A stretch of DNA of 63,883 bases, the filler included, from Lenisia limosa (taxonomy: Eukaryota > Protista > Breviatea): NCBI GenBank assembly GCA_001655205.1. It is 12 parts of 12 records of this genome, joined end to end, with 100 filler letters (N's around TTAATTAATTAA, not from the genome) between each part and the next. Parts side by side here need not be neighbours in the genome. Positions count along the whole stretch, not along the records: positions 4,237 to 15,783 come from LPNZ01006882.1; positions 15,884 to 20,515 come from LPNZ01005842.1; positions 20,616 to 24,694 come from LPNZ01005690.1; 9 more parts are not named here. One strand, written 5' to 3'. Below the pieces are notes generated by a model. The model had not been told where the DNA came from. It made no database searches and saw nothing but the letters and a program-made list of their open reading frames with translations. Below are positions 10,739 to 23,735 of this stretch, in pieces; position 1 is the first letter of the stretch; the number at the start of each line of letters is the position of its first letter. The translations under genes were made by a program, and so were the position numbers.

Positions 10739-13700
10739 ATGTCGAATACAGAGTCGGTTTTAGCCGACCTACACGCTCTTCGACAGCGGCTGGCAACGGC
10801 AGTTGGGTCGACAACCGGCCACAGACATTCTCCGCGGAGCTCTAAGATCCAAAATACAAGAAAAACATCGCCCCTTAAGACATTCCCTCAAATGGCACTT
10901 CCAACAACCAATCCCCACCCTTCTGTGCAATCTGCTCCTCCTCGATCATCCCGTTCAGACCGCTTTATCTCTCCCGAAATTGTAAGTGTTGGAACCACAT
11001 TTTTGTCAATATGTTCAAATTAATTGCGACTCTGATAAGGTTTCCTTTTTTTTTCACATTCCCCCGTTATCCCATTCAGCCCCTCCGTTCATCAATGCTG
11101 GAGCCCCGAGCTCATCACACAATGCAACACTTTGTGGGCAAGAGGCAAACATTTGCATTAATGCAGGAATGCAAGAATGCAAGCACGATACCCATTCTAA
11201 CCCCCTAGGCCCAGCTAAAGACGGTGGCTTCTGAAGACACCAATGACCGACTCTTGAGCTGCGAAAAGAGCTTTTCAGAGCTTGTCAAACACTCTGACCT
11301 GCAGACTATTACCGTGAGAGGGGTGGTATGTGAGAAAAGGATATGATTTGAAGCTTGAAGAAGGTTTAATTGAAGATAAATGACTTAACATTTGAGGAAT
11401 AAGAAACAGATTTATTAAGGGGAGTAAAACGTTTATCAATTTCGGGGAGGGGTACAGCGTTGTTTCGTCTCTTTTGAACCGAAAATCCATTATCTGCAAT
11501 TCCGGGTTGCTCTTCTTATCGCTTCAGCTGTCACAGACGCGTGTTGCTCTGGACATGTCAATGGCAGAATCCGCGGAGCTGCGAGCAGAGCTCAATGAAG
11601 CCAAAAACAAACTCAGAAAGTGAGTACCTTCAACTGGATAGTGCTATGCTGTTGAAATGCTGCATGGTACAATACACTGACAGTTTAAGGTACGATATGG
11701 AAGCTTCAAGACACCAGGGTGCCTCTGTACAACACCAGGTAAATTGGCTGAAGTGTTGGGGTATTATTGAGCTATATACGCAATCGATACACTCTTAATT
11801 TAACCATTATCTAATGTTCTCAGGCCACGATTTCATCTCTTGAATCGCGCATCAGACGACAGGCCCAGGGTCACCGTGAAGAAACCTCCGTCCTTCACCA
11901 GCGAATTGTGGGAAGCGGCTATACAGCTATATTACAATCTGACATTTGACATTTCTTCCGTTGTATGCCTAAAATAATATAATCACATTATCAAGATACA
12001 GAGAAAACCACACGGGGGAAATATGTGCTTATTGTCTAGGTGGAAATTGAAGGGCAATTAGAGGCTGAGCGGGCTCAACGCGAAATGGCGTCACAAGAGG
12101 CGCGCGCCCGCATTGAGGAGNNNNNNNNNNNNNNNNNNNNNNNNNNNNNNNNNNNNNNNNNNNNNNNNNNNNNNNNNNNNNNNNNNATGAAGAGGAGCTC
12201 AAGAGAGAGAAGGAAAACGCACTTGCCGCAGTGGAGAAAGCAATGTGGGAAGGATCCTTTATATACAGAAAACCATATTACTTATGGAGAGTTTAACGAC
12301 CAAATCTAGATGGGATAGAATAGTGTGAAAAACGATAATTTGACTGATTATTTAGTGAGGCACACCATCTTCAACAAGATGAACTCGATCAGCAACACGA
12401 GGAAAGTGTCAATAGTCATGAAAATGCCATTCAGATGATGACACAACAGCATAGGGAGGCACTGGACCATGAGAGACTAAAGGTTGAAGAAATGGAGGAG
12501 AAGGTAGGGGAAGCACGCAGAAAACTGTGTGCACAGATTTGTAAGGTAAATAATTGGGTGAATTCATATTAACTATAATCCTATATCTCCTTCAAGTGTG
12601 ATGGTGGATGATACATACGTATTTTTTTATTTCTCATTGATATACATATATATTATTGCAGTTCTTGCTACCCGCCCCCTCCCCATATCACTCTGAAGGT
12701 ATCTGCAATCTTAGAACAGGAGAAGTTAATGCGGGAGGGCCTTCTGGAGCAAATAACCTCTTTATCGGTGAGAGGGTGCTTCGCTGTTTTTCGCATGATT
12801 GACTCCGATATACTGAAAACAACAGCCAACTAGCGAAATAAATAGTTGGATATACTGAAAACAACAGCCACTTGCAAAAATAGTCGGATATACAAAACAA
12901 CAGCCAACTAGCGAAAATAATTCACCCAAGTCCAGCAACGTAACCATTCAGGCTGAACTGGAAGCAAAGGAGGAGTCCCACAATGCGGCTTTGGATGAAC
13001 TGCAGAAGTGCCATGGAGAGGATATGACTGAGGTGGGCTGCTTCTTTTACTGAGTCTTTATGTTTATTGCGTTCGTTTTGATTCCCCCCAACGCTAGATT
13101 CTTATATTTTGCACCCAAAGTTGAGCTTTACTGATTTACCAATGGGCATAGAATTATTATATCATATCATACATTAGTACATATAACTATACATCCAGAC
13201 TAGATGTTCACACCACAGGTTTCCAACTCGCACAAAGATGCCTTGCAGCAGGCAGCAGGCAAAATCGACAGTTTGGCCCGAGCAATGGACGAAGATAGAC
13301 GGAGCTTCGACCAACAGGCTGCTGAACTGGTTAAAGAATCGACAGAGGAGCTTACTGGCAAAATCGAAGAACTTGAAAATGAATTGAAAAGGTGAGACTG
13401 GTTGTTTCAATGCCTCGATTATTGCTTAATTGTAATTCATCTTGAAACCGTGCTCTGCCATTCCATCTGACCTGTACAGCAAGAATCATGAAACATTGGA
13501 GTCTTCAGGTAAAATGAGTCTTGAGCTTGACTTCCTGAGAGAACAGTCGTCCTTGCAGGAGAACATCATTAAGGTACTGTGGATTTTAGTTAGTGACTTT
13601 GGTCTTTTAAACAATTAAAGATAACTTTTTTTATATATTGATGTTGCAGGACTTGAAGGAACAACTCAGTGCGGCTGCAGAACATATTTACAAAGTAACT

Positions 13701-15393
13701 GTCGAAAAAGACGAGGCAATCCACCAGGTCAGGGAGGGTCCATTCTACTGTATTGAGTTTCGTTGGTGAGAATTAAAAATGAATGCAGCTGGATGTTTAA
13801 GTTGATAATTGCTGTGACATATTAGCGCGCTGCTATGAAGCTGGATTTGACTAACGCCACTGCTCTCCTCAATCAAGCGAAAATGGATTACAGAGAAGAG
13901 CAGCAGGAAGTGGGTAATGTGACTATGTGGTCTTGAAGTGAAGTTATTTCAGTAAATGTGATGAAACATCGTTTTGACCTTCAGGTTTTCCGTGTGAAGA
14001 AACAGGCCCAATCCCTCCAAAACGGTTGGCGTGATACTAGGGAGGGGGAGTTACAAATGCAAATGTCAACATCCCTTTGATCTAAGACGACTGGATAAAT
14101 AAATAGTGATGTATTGTCTTCGATATTTGAAAGGCGTGGCAGTCTCTCACTGGTTTAGCGCTGGAAACCCAGTCCAAAGACACGGTTCAGTTCCAGTCAG
14201 ATATCCAAAAGCTTGAGGAACAGGTAAGGAGTCTGTTTTTTTGTAAGTTTGATAACTCTGGTACAAACCTTTTAACAATTTGTATTTTCTCACTGCTGGC
14301 TGGACGTGATGGGATAAAACTTTTTTTGAAATTTTAGGTTGAGGCAAAGGTTGCATCCATTACAAATAAGGTTGGTTGATTATGTGAAAGCAAAGAAACA
14401 ACCGTGTTCAATGACAATAGATCCTTTATCGTAAAACGGTTTTTTATCTGATCGAAACTGTTATGCACTAGGAAGTACAAAGCAATTACTGTCCATATAA
14501 TATGTAAAACTATGTGATCAAGATAAAGTTCGGTATAGGTAGCACAAGACTCCTTTGACCCAATAGGACACCCTTGCGATCCAGTTGAGAGAGGAAGACA
14601 TCAAGGCAAAGGAGGCTGAAATACAGCGTCTCCNNNNNNNNNNNNNNNNNNNNNNNNNNNNNNNNNNNNNNNNNNNNNNNNNNNNNNNNNNNNNNNNNNN
14701 NNNNNNNNNNNNNNNNNNNNNNNNNNNNNNNNNNNNNNNNNNNNNNNNNNNNNNNNNNNNNNNNNNNNNNNNNNNNNNNNNNNNNNNNNNNNNNNNNNNN
14801 NNNNNNNNNNNNNNNNNNNNNNNNNNNNNNNNNNNNNNNNNNNNTGAACTAACACCCATAGCCTGCTACCATGCAGCAGACCATGCCGCCTCAGAGTCTT
14901 GCCCAACCCTTCCCCCACATGCCTGGCTTCTATCAAAACCCCCTACCAACCTACCCCAATGCCTCTTTCCCCTATGCCTACAACAGCTTCCCTCAATTCG
15001 TAGGATCAGGGTCACTGAGATGTATTTCAATTATTCACCTTTCAGAATCCCCAGCAACCGATGTTTGGCCAAAGTTATGGGTAAGCGGGTTGGTGCTTAT
15101 TATATGGTGTATTGATTCTCACCGGACTCATTTCCCCGTTTACAGTCCGAATCTCACATGGCAGTTCGCACCCTAACACTCCCGGTGCCGCACAGCCCCA
15201 ACCACCAAGAGAGGAGGTAACCCAATTATCAGAAAGGCTATCACAGCATCGCCAGCAATTGGATAAACTCAGAAGCTCGAGAGGAAGCAGGTGGGTGTGG
15301 AATTAAAAAATAACAATCTTGGTTCTTGGATGATGCTGCCTCTTACAACTAATATTGACACATTTCAGGTTTTCAACACCAGTAAAGGCGTAG
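10739..15393 (+). CDS. Large coiled-coil protein with Pro-rich C-terminus, about 15 exons, function unknown
   Basis: First exon MSNTESVLADLHALRQRL...ISPEI|gtaagt; many GT-AG exons encoding E/K/Q/L/A-rich heptads; last exon gives RFSTPVKA* (TAG at 15391). Confidence 0.75.
12504..12610 (+). repeat. Family B hairpin-bounded repeat starting at an intron donor
   Basis: gtaggggaagcacgcagaaaactgtgtgcacag..gtaaggtaaataattgggtgaatt matches the copies at 32759, 48771 and 58482. Confidence 0.8.
12807..12920. repeat. Intronic minisatellite, ~40-bp unit x3
   Basis: gatatactgaaaacaacagcca... repeated three times with small variations. Confidence 0.85.
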
Positions 15394-15883
15394 TGTAATT
15401 AGGTTTATGTAAAGATTTCTCAAGTTGTAATTTAAACATGTATTTTCCATTTTTCATTTATGATGATTTGAATAATATTTGAAATGCTACCACTATCACA
15501 GTGGTACTATCGTCTCCTCGTCTCCTTAACTCTTCCTTTCTTCCTTCACATCTTCATACCTTCAGGGGGCCTCCGCTCCTGGAATATTGTACTTCATCAG
15601 ACAAAAGTGGTGGAGTGTGGAATTTTTGGCTGTTTGGGTGGTGAAGTGTGGAGCAAAATTATATCATCGAGTTTTGCAAGTTCGTAGTCCCATGTATATT
15701 TTACCTCGATGAGTGAAGTTGAGGAGTAAGGGTTGAGGTTCTGGGCCACTTTTTTTGAGACCAGTAATGTTTCTAAAAGCAGTNNNNNNNNNNNNNNNNN
15801 NNNNNNNNNNNNNNNNNNNNNNNNNNNTTAATTAATTAANNNNNNNNNNNNNNNNNNNNNNNNNNNNNNNNNNNNNNNNNNNN

Positions 15884-17514
15884 CCATTCTTTTCGTACGA
15901 TCTTGCAACGACTTTTCTGTCATCATAATGCTGCTCGATCACAATCTGCAAAATAAATCAATAACACAAAATATTTTCAGAATACCAAGAAAGAAAAGGC
16001 CTCAAAATCTTCCACACAATACTTTTCATTTCTACGCTACATTATATCCACTAATATGTTTACTATTATATGGAACGAGTGGAAAGCAGAGAGTAAATAT
16101 AACATATGACATCAACAAAATATGACGGTTTCCTTTGCCGGGACGGGGGGGGGGGGGNNNNNNNNNNNNNNNNNNNNNNNNNNNNNNNNNNNNNNNNNNN
16201 NNNNNNNNNNNNNNNNNNNNNNNNNNNNNNNNNNNNNNNNNNNNNNNNNNNNNNNNNNNNNNNNNNNNNNNNNNNNNNNNNNNNNNNNNNNNNNNNNNNN
16301 NNNNNNCAACTCTTTTGTCTAGTAACACACGAGGGTTGAAGACAAAACACAAAAAAAAAAGCTCAAGCCAGTCGCTTCTGCAGCACTGCATCCCATCACT
16401 CCAGTGTACCGGTGCGGGAGGAGCAAAGTCATCATAAGCTGGGGCCGGGGCCGAGTAGCTTGCGGTGACGGGGGGTGGAGGGTCGTAATACTCCTGGTTT
16501 CTGATCTGTGTGGGTGCATCCCAGTACCCCGGCGCGGCTGTGTAGCTGTTTGTATTGTAGGTGTCCTTGAATGTAAGGTTCAAAAAAAAACACGTTGGAA
16601 AAAGAATCGAGAAATACAAACAAGATCCACCACTCTTATGAGCGATATTGGATTATAGTATATAATAATAATTCAGCGTGTGAACAGCTTCCGTTCAAAT
16701 AGAGATGCTTTGAAATAGGATGATTTCGAGGACAGTTATAAGCCATATTTACCTCTTGGTGAAGGTCGTCTATATCGTCCATATACTGGGGAAGGGGCAC
16801 TGCGGCCGGCGGCTGAAGGCATAAGAGATGTCGTGTAACACGGATCAAGACTCAAAGTTTAAGGATTTATAATGGAATAGGTATCATGTTGAACATGATT
16901 TACTACACATTTGCCTTTTTCACCCCGATTTTAAAATTGATATTGGCGTCATCTTTAAAAAAAAAACCAGTAATAAGCTTGGAAACTACTACATCATCAC
17001 CTAAACAACTATCCTTTCAAAATACAAGAGAATAACTGGTCCTTTCAAGAGAATAAGAAGAGTTCTACATTGACCCCCCCATGGTGATGGTGATACACCG
17101 TAAACCTACAGCTGGGGGTAGGGGGCTTTGGTAAGCGCTGTGGAGAGGAGGGGGAGCTGGGCTGTAGTTCTGGGGGGCTGGAGGGTGTGGCTACATGTGT
17201 GAAGAAGTAGAAAATAAGAGAAATAAAAAAAATTGCAAAAAAGCTCCACTCCCATCACGCAAATACAAGATGTTGAATAATTCATGACAAAATTCAGAGG
17301 CCAATGAATCAAATCAAAGGGGTTATCAAGGATATAAGAAAATAAAGAATCAAAAGGCGAAGTTTCTAATACTATTATCAGCCAATGGCTAAGGAGAAAC
17401 CATAAAAAAAGAAAGGAGACATACATAGCTTGGAGGAGGCTGGTTGTAGCTCTGCTGATAGCCACCAGCGCCTGGGTACCCCTGTTGCTGATACATTTGT
17501 TGATTGTAGTCCAT
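15884..17514 (-). CDS. Protein with Pro/Tyr/Gln-rich N-terminus, 3' end lost at linker
   Basis: MDYNQQMYQQQGYPGAGGYQQSYNQPPPSY, PHPPAPQNYSPAPPP, DTYNTNSYTAAPGYWDAP...FAPPAP and IVIEQHYDDRKVVARSYEKNG exons with GT-AG boundaries. Confidence 0.6.
16307..16409 (-). repeat. Family C repeat, near full length; its first two bases are the apparent GT donor
   Basis: GCACCG|gtacactggagtgatgggatgcagtgctgcagaagcgactggcttgagc..ttcaaccctcgtgtgtt. Confidence 0.8.
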
Positions 17515-17824
17515 TTTAACGTAAAGAAGAGCCGTGAATTGGATAAGCTGAGCTTTTACTCCATAGCCAAACTATCCAATGTTCTATTCAATACTTTTCG
17601 CGGCTACCTTGTGTATTTAGATGGTATAATCGGAGATATAATAACTAGGCGCCGTAAGAGGAATAAAGGCAGTGTTTGGGAGCGAACCAGGTTTTTTATA
17701 ATGTACTGGTCCAACAGATAATGGGAAAAATTTGAAAATTTTCACAGCGTTTACTCTTTCAACTGTGTACGGGTGTACGGGAGTGTATACTGTATTAAGT
17801 GAGAATATAAAGTAGCAGTGTATT

Positions 17825-20289
17825 ATGCCTGACAACTTTGACGCTCTTCATCTTCGAGGAGCCATCGAGCAGGTCCCTGATGCTCTTGCAGAGGTTACAG
17901 AAAACAATTTCTTGGCGTTTTTGAACCAGTTTGTGGATTCACTTAATGATGGCTTTTACCCAAGCCTGTATTATGACTAATCAACGTGTAGAGTGCCTGC
18001 AGAAGTAAATGATACCTCAGTTGTAGCACCCCAATCAAGTGATGGACTCTTTTATGTCCAACAGCTTTCTGCTATGAAAGAAACAGACGTTCTGACCCTT
18101 CGTGTTGACTATGAACATATTATTCAGTTCTCTCTTATCCTGAAGGAAGCCATTTCATCACATTTCTTCCGGTCTGTTATTTTTGCTGTCATTTGAAATT
18201 GTTCTAATCCCTTTCAGTGTTGAGCCTAGGCTCAGAAATGCAGTTAGAAGATTTGTTGAGCAACATGAGCCAACGTACGTTAACGACGAACGTGGTCCTA
18301 AGGAGTTCCAAGTCGCCTTCTACAATATTACAGAAACTAAGAAGTGAGTTATTGAATTTGGCGATCAGGAAGGCGGGATATTGACTCTCTACAGGCTTCG
18401 CTCTCTCAAAACTGACATGGTTGGCAAGCTTTGCTCCATCGTCGGTACCGTTGTCAGAACATCAGAGGTGGGAGTGGTGATCGTGCTTCAGTTGTTAACA
18501 TGAATAATTGTTTACTGGGACATGGGTGATGTGATCTCGTTATTAGTAGAGAAGCAGCAGCCATTTTCCGTTATTTTGTGACCGTTCGAATAGGTACGTC
18601 CAGAGCTTCTTTTCGGCACTTTTGTGTGCACTGAGTGCCACCAAAAGGTCCATGATGTGGAACAAGAATTCAAGTTCACTGAGGTTTGCTGAGATGGAGA
18701 TCTAAAGATGTTGATGGTAAAGTGCAGCGGATCAAAGGAATATGATGGTCGAAGGGATGCGGATTTGAGGAAAATGAGAACCAGGATCAAAGCTTGTGAT
18801 GATGAATATTTGAACATGTAATATTGAGTTCTCATTTTGGTTCACACATCTGCAGATACCTCCCCCCCCCCTTTTTTATTTTGATTAACGGTTACTACAG
18901 TTTTTAGTAGCGTTTTGTTTCTCAATTTGTTTCCAAGTTACAAACAGTGTTTTACCCACAGGTTGATTTTGGGTTTATTAGTATTATTGTTGTTGTTGTT
19001 ATTCTTCTTATTATTATTATTATATGTATTTTAAAGTTTTCTATTCCTTCGCCAATATTCTTCATCGAAATTTCATTCGTTTTACTCCACAGCCTACACA
19101 ATGTCCCAACTCTGCCTGTAATAGCAAGAAGTGGGAGCTTCTCATCGATGAGTCCAAGTTCGTGGACTGGCAGAAGGTCCGTCTCCAAGAAAACCCCCAA
19201 GAAATGCCGTCAGGTGCCATGCCGAGAAGGTGGGGCGGATCGAGGGTTATTATTAGTGCGTGAAGATGGAACTGATCGGTTAGGGCTTCCCAAAAAGACC
19301 AGTATAATATCGACATTAATCGATGATTTATCGAGAAATGTAAAGCCCTGGATATTTTTTTTTTGTACAAGGTGCGATTTACTTCATCATTGTTCATGTG
19401 GGAGATTCCGTTATCTTTTTTCATCACCATAACTATTTATTCGTCTCCTTAAACGTTATTTATTTTTCTGTAGTCATGTATCTGACATCTGTTTTATCCC
19501 CTTGGGAGCATTATCTCTGACTATCATCATGATCGTTATGATCAAAATTTTATATTTCACCCCCTCCAGTTTTGTTGTTATCAACCCGCGTGTGTTGTCA
19601 GCCAACATATTTGATTTTGGACCATATTTGTTTCAAGAATTTTCCAATTTACTCCAATTTTGTTTTATTTTTCAACCTTGTATATTTGGTTTTTTGAATG
19701 TTTTGTCAACAAAATTGATTCTGGGTTTTCATCCAACTTTCCATTCACTTCCATTCAGCTTGGAAGTAGTGCTGAGAGGAGAAGCGGTGGAGAAGACCAA
19801 GCCCGGAGACACCTGCAAGTTCTCAGGGCAGCTTATTGCGGTACCCGATATTTCAACTTACAGTGGTGTCAAAAAGTGGGGGGGGGGGGGNNNNNNNNNN
19901 NNNNNNNNNNNNNNNNNNNNNNNNNNNNNNNNNNNNNNNNNNNNNNNNNNNNNNNNNNNNNNNNNNNNNNNNNNNNNNNNNNNNNNNNNNNNNNNNNNNN
20001 NNNNNNNNNNNNNNNCTTCTATTTGCATGTGGAATGATATTATTCCTAATATCTCTGATAAGCTTAATGTTATGGATGGCTTAGGTCAAATTCTTTTGGG
20101 AGCTGAAGAGGCTTCTTTTTTTTTACAAACAAATTGATCTATGATCTTTTGTTCTCTAATTTTCCCAGGACGGACATGGGGCGTAGTGCCGCTGGAAGTA
20201 GTGATGTGCGTACGCAAGGTGGCGTGAGTGGCGTCAAGGGCTGGGGCAGCCGAGAAATGACCTACAAGCTCGCCTTCCTTGCCAATGAC
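17825..20289 (+). CDS. MCM6: DNA replication licensing factor MCM6, N-terminal half (AAA+ domain not in window)
   Basis: Exons: [104 protein letters not shown] (MCM6-type motif). Confidence 0.92.
19033..19092 (+). repeat. Family G module (internally deleted), ends at MCM6 acceptor
   Basis: cgccaatattcttcatcgaaatttcattcgttttactccacag|CCT. Confidence 0.75.
19281..19350. mobile_element. Family A MITE, deleted derivative
   Basis: tagggcttc..caaaaagaccag..gatttatcgagaaa..aagccctg. Confidence 0.6.
19569..19620 (+). repeat. Family C repeat (3' part)
   Basis: ttttgttgttatcaacccgcgtgtgttgtcagccaaca..ttgattttgg. Confidence 0.75.
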
Positions 20290-20334
20290 GTGGCACCTAT
20301 GACCCTTCGCGTAGGCTCGGATTGATGACAATCC

Positions 20335-20456
20335 AACATCTTGCTCCATAATCTGTCTCTTTTTAACATGTCAACATCTATGCTAATCTGTATCTTGTGT
20401 CAACATCTATGCTCCATAATCTGTATTGTTGTGTGAACATCTATGCTCCATAATCA
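20335..20456. repeat. Minisatellite, ~35-bp degenerate unit x4
   Basis: caacatctatgctccataatctgt repeated with variation. Confidence 0.8.
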
Positions 20457-20615
20457 GAGCTGATTTTGGTCCATTGAATAGCATGCAATTTCAATTGTTA
20501 CTCTCCCCCCCCCCCNNNNNNNNNNNNNNNNNNNNNNNNNNNNNNNNNNNNNNNNNNNNTTAATTAATTAANNNNNNNNNNNNNNNNNNNNNNNNNNNNN
20601 NNNNNNNNNNNNNNN

Positions 20616-21232
20616 AAAAAAAATCAAATTTGATGGTGCAATAACGTCTTCACTTTATCGCAGGGACAATCGAGGCCATGATCAGTGTTTGTAATGAATT
20701 TCGCATGAAAAAATTGAAGTACCATGAAGGTGTTATTTTGCATGTATTGATACCCCTACCTATTCTTCTGAACAAAACCCTGTATAAAGGAGTGTTTCGG
20801 GCGATAATTTGCAAAAAANNNNNNNNNNTGCTTGATTCATTAACATATTCTATCATATTTTCGCCCATTTATGGGTAATTTACGCTCATTTTTTGCCCAA
20901 TTTGTCTCGAATTCTCGACTTAAATGCCTCTAGGTTACTCAAGAGTGGAAAAAAAAAATCAAATTTGATGGTGCAATAACGTCTTCACTTTATCGCAGGG
21001 ACAATCGAGGNNNNNNNNNNNNNNNNNNNNNNNNNNNNNNNNNNNNNNNNNNNNNNNNNNNNNNNNNNNNNNNNNNNNNNNNNNNNNNNNNNNNNNNNNN
21101 NNNNNNNNNNNNNNNNNNNNNNNNNNNNNNNNNNNNNNNNNNNNNNNNNNNNNNNNNNNNNNNNNNNNNNNNNNNNNNNAGAAAAGCCTCCTTTTTGTTC
21201 GCGGTTTTAATCATGTTCGCGGTTTTAACTAT
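20616..21232. mobile_element. Family E element relic with ~335-bp internal duplication
   Basis: 20616-20675 equals 20949-21010; 20766-20817 and 21180-21232 match 43883-44035 in reverse complement. Confidence 0.6.
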
Positions 21233-21391
21233 ATGATATAGTATATAAAAAAAAAAGATATCATATATGTATTATTATACAATATCATATCATATGATAT
21301 TGTATAATATACAGTATATTATCTACTACATGCATCATATCATATATGCATACTTATATATGTATAAGTGGGTCCTCAAAGCTCTGGGCAT

Positions 21392-21909
21392 CATTCAAAA
21401 TTCATCGAACTTATCAAAACTCCCGGACAGCTTGAAGTTTTACACCTTGCATACCTTATGTTCCCCAACTTTTTTTTTTAATTTTGAACAAATGTCAAAA
21501 ATAGGTGAATTTGGTCTCCCAGGAGTCCCCTTTTGCCTTTTCACAGGACTTTTTTTTGTAATCTTACCCTCTTTTAGTGTAAAGAAACAAATATTTGTTC
21601 CGTTCCGGGTTCCACTTTGCTTTGGCTATGTAATGGTGAATAAAATAGCACTGTCTACAGGGGTAAACTTTCCGGGATAGTTGCCCTTGAAAGTGGCCTT
21701 TTATCAAGTTTTTTTTTGTGTTTTTGACAGTATTTGGGCCATAAAAGCTTAGGCACTTAATTTGGTTTTGACCCGACAATGAAACTGGCGTTTCATCCTT
21801 TCAATGATTGAAATTACTTTCGAAAACAAAAGGGAAATACGGTTTATGATGATTTTATATGGAAAACACAAGCTGTCCGGGAGTTGTGATGTCCGGTGAA
21901 TTTTGAATG
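21392..21909. mobile_element. Family F non-autonomous element bounded by ~42-bp imperfect inverted repeats
   Basis: cattcaaaattca..aaaactcccggacagcttg (21392-21434) versus caagctgtccgggagtt..tgaattttgaatg (21869-21909); an isolated matching end lies at 50360-50410. Confidence 0.6.
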
Positions 21910-23179
21910 TAATTACATGTACATGTACATGTATATGATATAGTATATGATATATTATATACTACTATATCATACATAAGGTATGCATATATGTATATCA
22001 TATGCTGAGGCAAAAAGCGTGTCGGTTTTGATTTTGGCCTTTCCGAACCCCCCCCCCCATCATCCTTGTTTTCAAATTGGATTGACTCTTATAGAAAGAT
22101 AGTTAATCAATTGTAGAAACCAAACCTTATTGGCTATCATAAACATCATCGCCACAGCCAGTGAGTAGGAAATAAATGAAAATACAAAAACACTCATACC
22201 ACTTTACAATCTTCTTTTTCTATTTATTGTGTGGTTTTGTGGGTAAAAACGGCAATCAAAAAGGAACCAGTCTTCAGTGGGGCTCCTTGAAAGACAATTG
22301 CATGGTTCAGGCGTTGATAAAAAAGTTGAAGTTCTACCCTACATTTCTTAAAGGTGGTCGGATGATGGGGTCTTTTTTTGGGGATTTTTTGAATTTTTCG
22401 AAATATAACGCGAGATTTTAACTTCCTCTGGTAATTTTCATTAGAGTATATGTAGCAAGTAAATGAGCATAAAAAAAAGACAAGGTCTCACAAGCAGGCT
22501 CAGAGCACTAAAATAGCCGAAAGCCGGCCCAAAAAAAATTTAGTTTCTCGTTTCTTTGCCTCTTCTTACGCTGTCAATTAAAGATAATTCTAATTATATA
22601 TTTATCAGCAGCTTAAACCCTATTTACCGGTGGTGGTTGGAGAAGTTCTTTAGTTCCGAAAGTGGATAGTGTGTTCTTAGGTCCTTCATTGTTGATTATC
22701 TCAAGTACAACCACTGTTTCGATGATTGGTGTCGACTTTGGTTGATTTGGTTTCCCCTTTTCTCAAAGAAGTTGCCTTATCACGATGGTAAGTGGATCTT
22801 TGGTCTTTTGAGTCCCATTAATACTGTTTTTTGTCAAGTTTACTTCTTATCACTTGGCTTAAACTGAGTTTTATCCTTCAGGCTGTCTTCTACCTGATCA
22901 CTTAGAGCACCTCTCCCCGCTTCCTCCCCCCGTTGTCAAGTTTTGAAGGTATGTAATGCTGATGGAACGGGTTTAGTGTGACTTTTCAGGTTTTCACAGT
23001 GATCTCTTTCAAGCTACTCCCCTACAGGAGCTCTTTCTTGTTTCATGAACAAATACTTTTTCTATTAACTTTTTCTCAGGATCTTTTGCGTTTCTGATGC
23101 CTTCTTACTTGCATAAAAGACAAAATAGTACCAAGTGAGAACAAGATCATGAGCACACAGCGTAATTAAATACGCTTGT

Positions 23180-23735
23180 TAAGCGTAACAACATGTTCAT
23201 GTTTTTTTTATCGTTCTAAATAAGCTGAGCATCAGTATCTTCCATCGATATCCTAAGAAGAATCAACTCATGACAATTATAATATAAGAATCCGTTACTT
23301 CAATTTCCTCAAGTTAGAGTTCAGTCAACTCAATCATTTTGTAATAAGAAGAGTATCACAAATCCCCATTTAAGTTGTCAAAAAGGAGACCAATTCTCTA
23401 TATAAATTATAATATTTTATAGAATATTAAGGTGAGAGCAATGTGTTTATTAACTAGGTCAGAAAAGAATACAGCTTTAAAAAGAGAGGCAAGCGAAAGC
23501 AGAGAGGGAGAAATGTACAAGATCATGTTCAAAATAGAGCCATATTCCCAACAATAACCTAATCAGTAATATCTCACCTTAAGAGCGCTAAGATGGACCG
23601 AGAGGGTACTTCAGAAGAAAGCCAAAGATCAATGACTCCCTAAAGGCTGAAAATTGCGCCCAGAACGAAGGTTTCTATGTAGTTAAGCATCATAGCGGAG
23701 ATGAACAGCCCTACCTCTTCTTCAGACAGGAACAT
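23180..23735 (-). CDS. Possible small multi-exon gene with very short introns (unresolved)
   Basis: Candidate exons MFLSEEE|, KPSFWAQFSAFRESLIFGFLL, LLLGIWLYFEHDL and ISMEDTDAQLI*; phases not fully verified. Confidence 0.25.

Noticed and set aside
22600-23100. Possible small plus-strand gene with micro-introns (SFIVDYLKYNHCFDDW...)
   Set aside because: Several GT-AG pairs are visible, but no consistent phase path or recognisable protein could be established.
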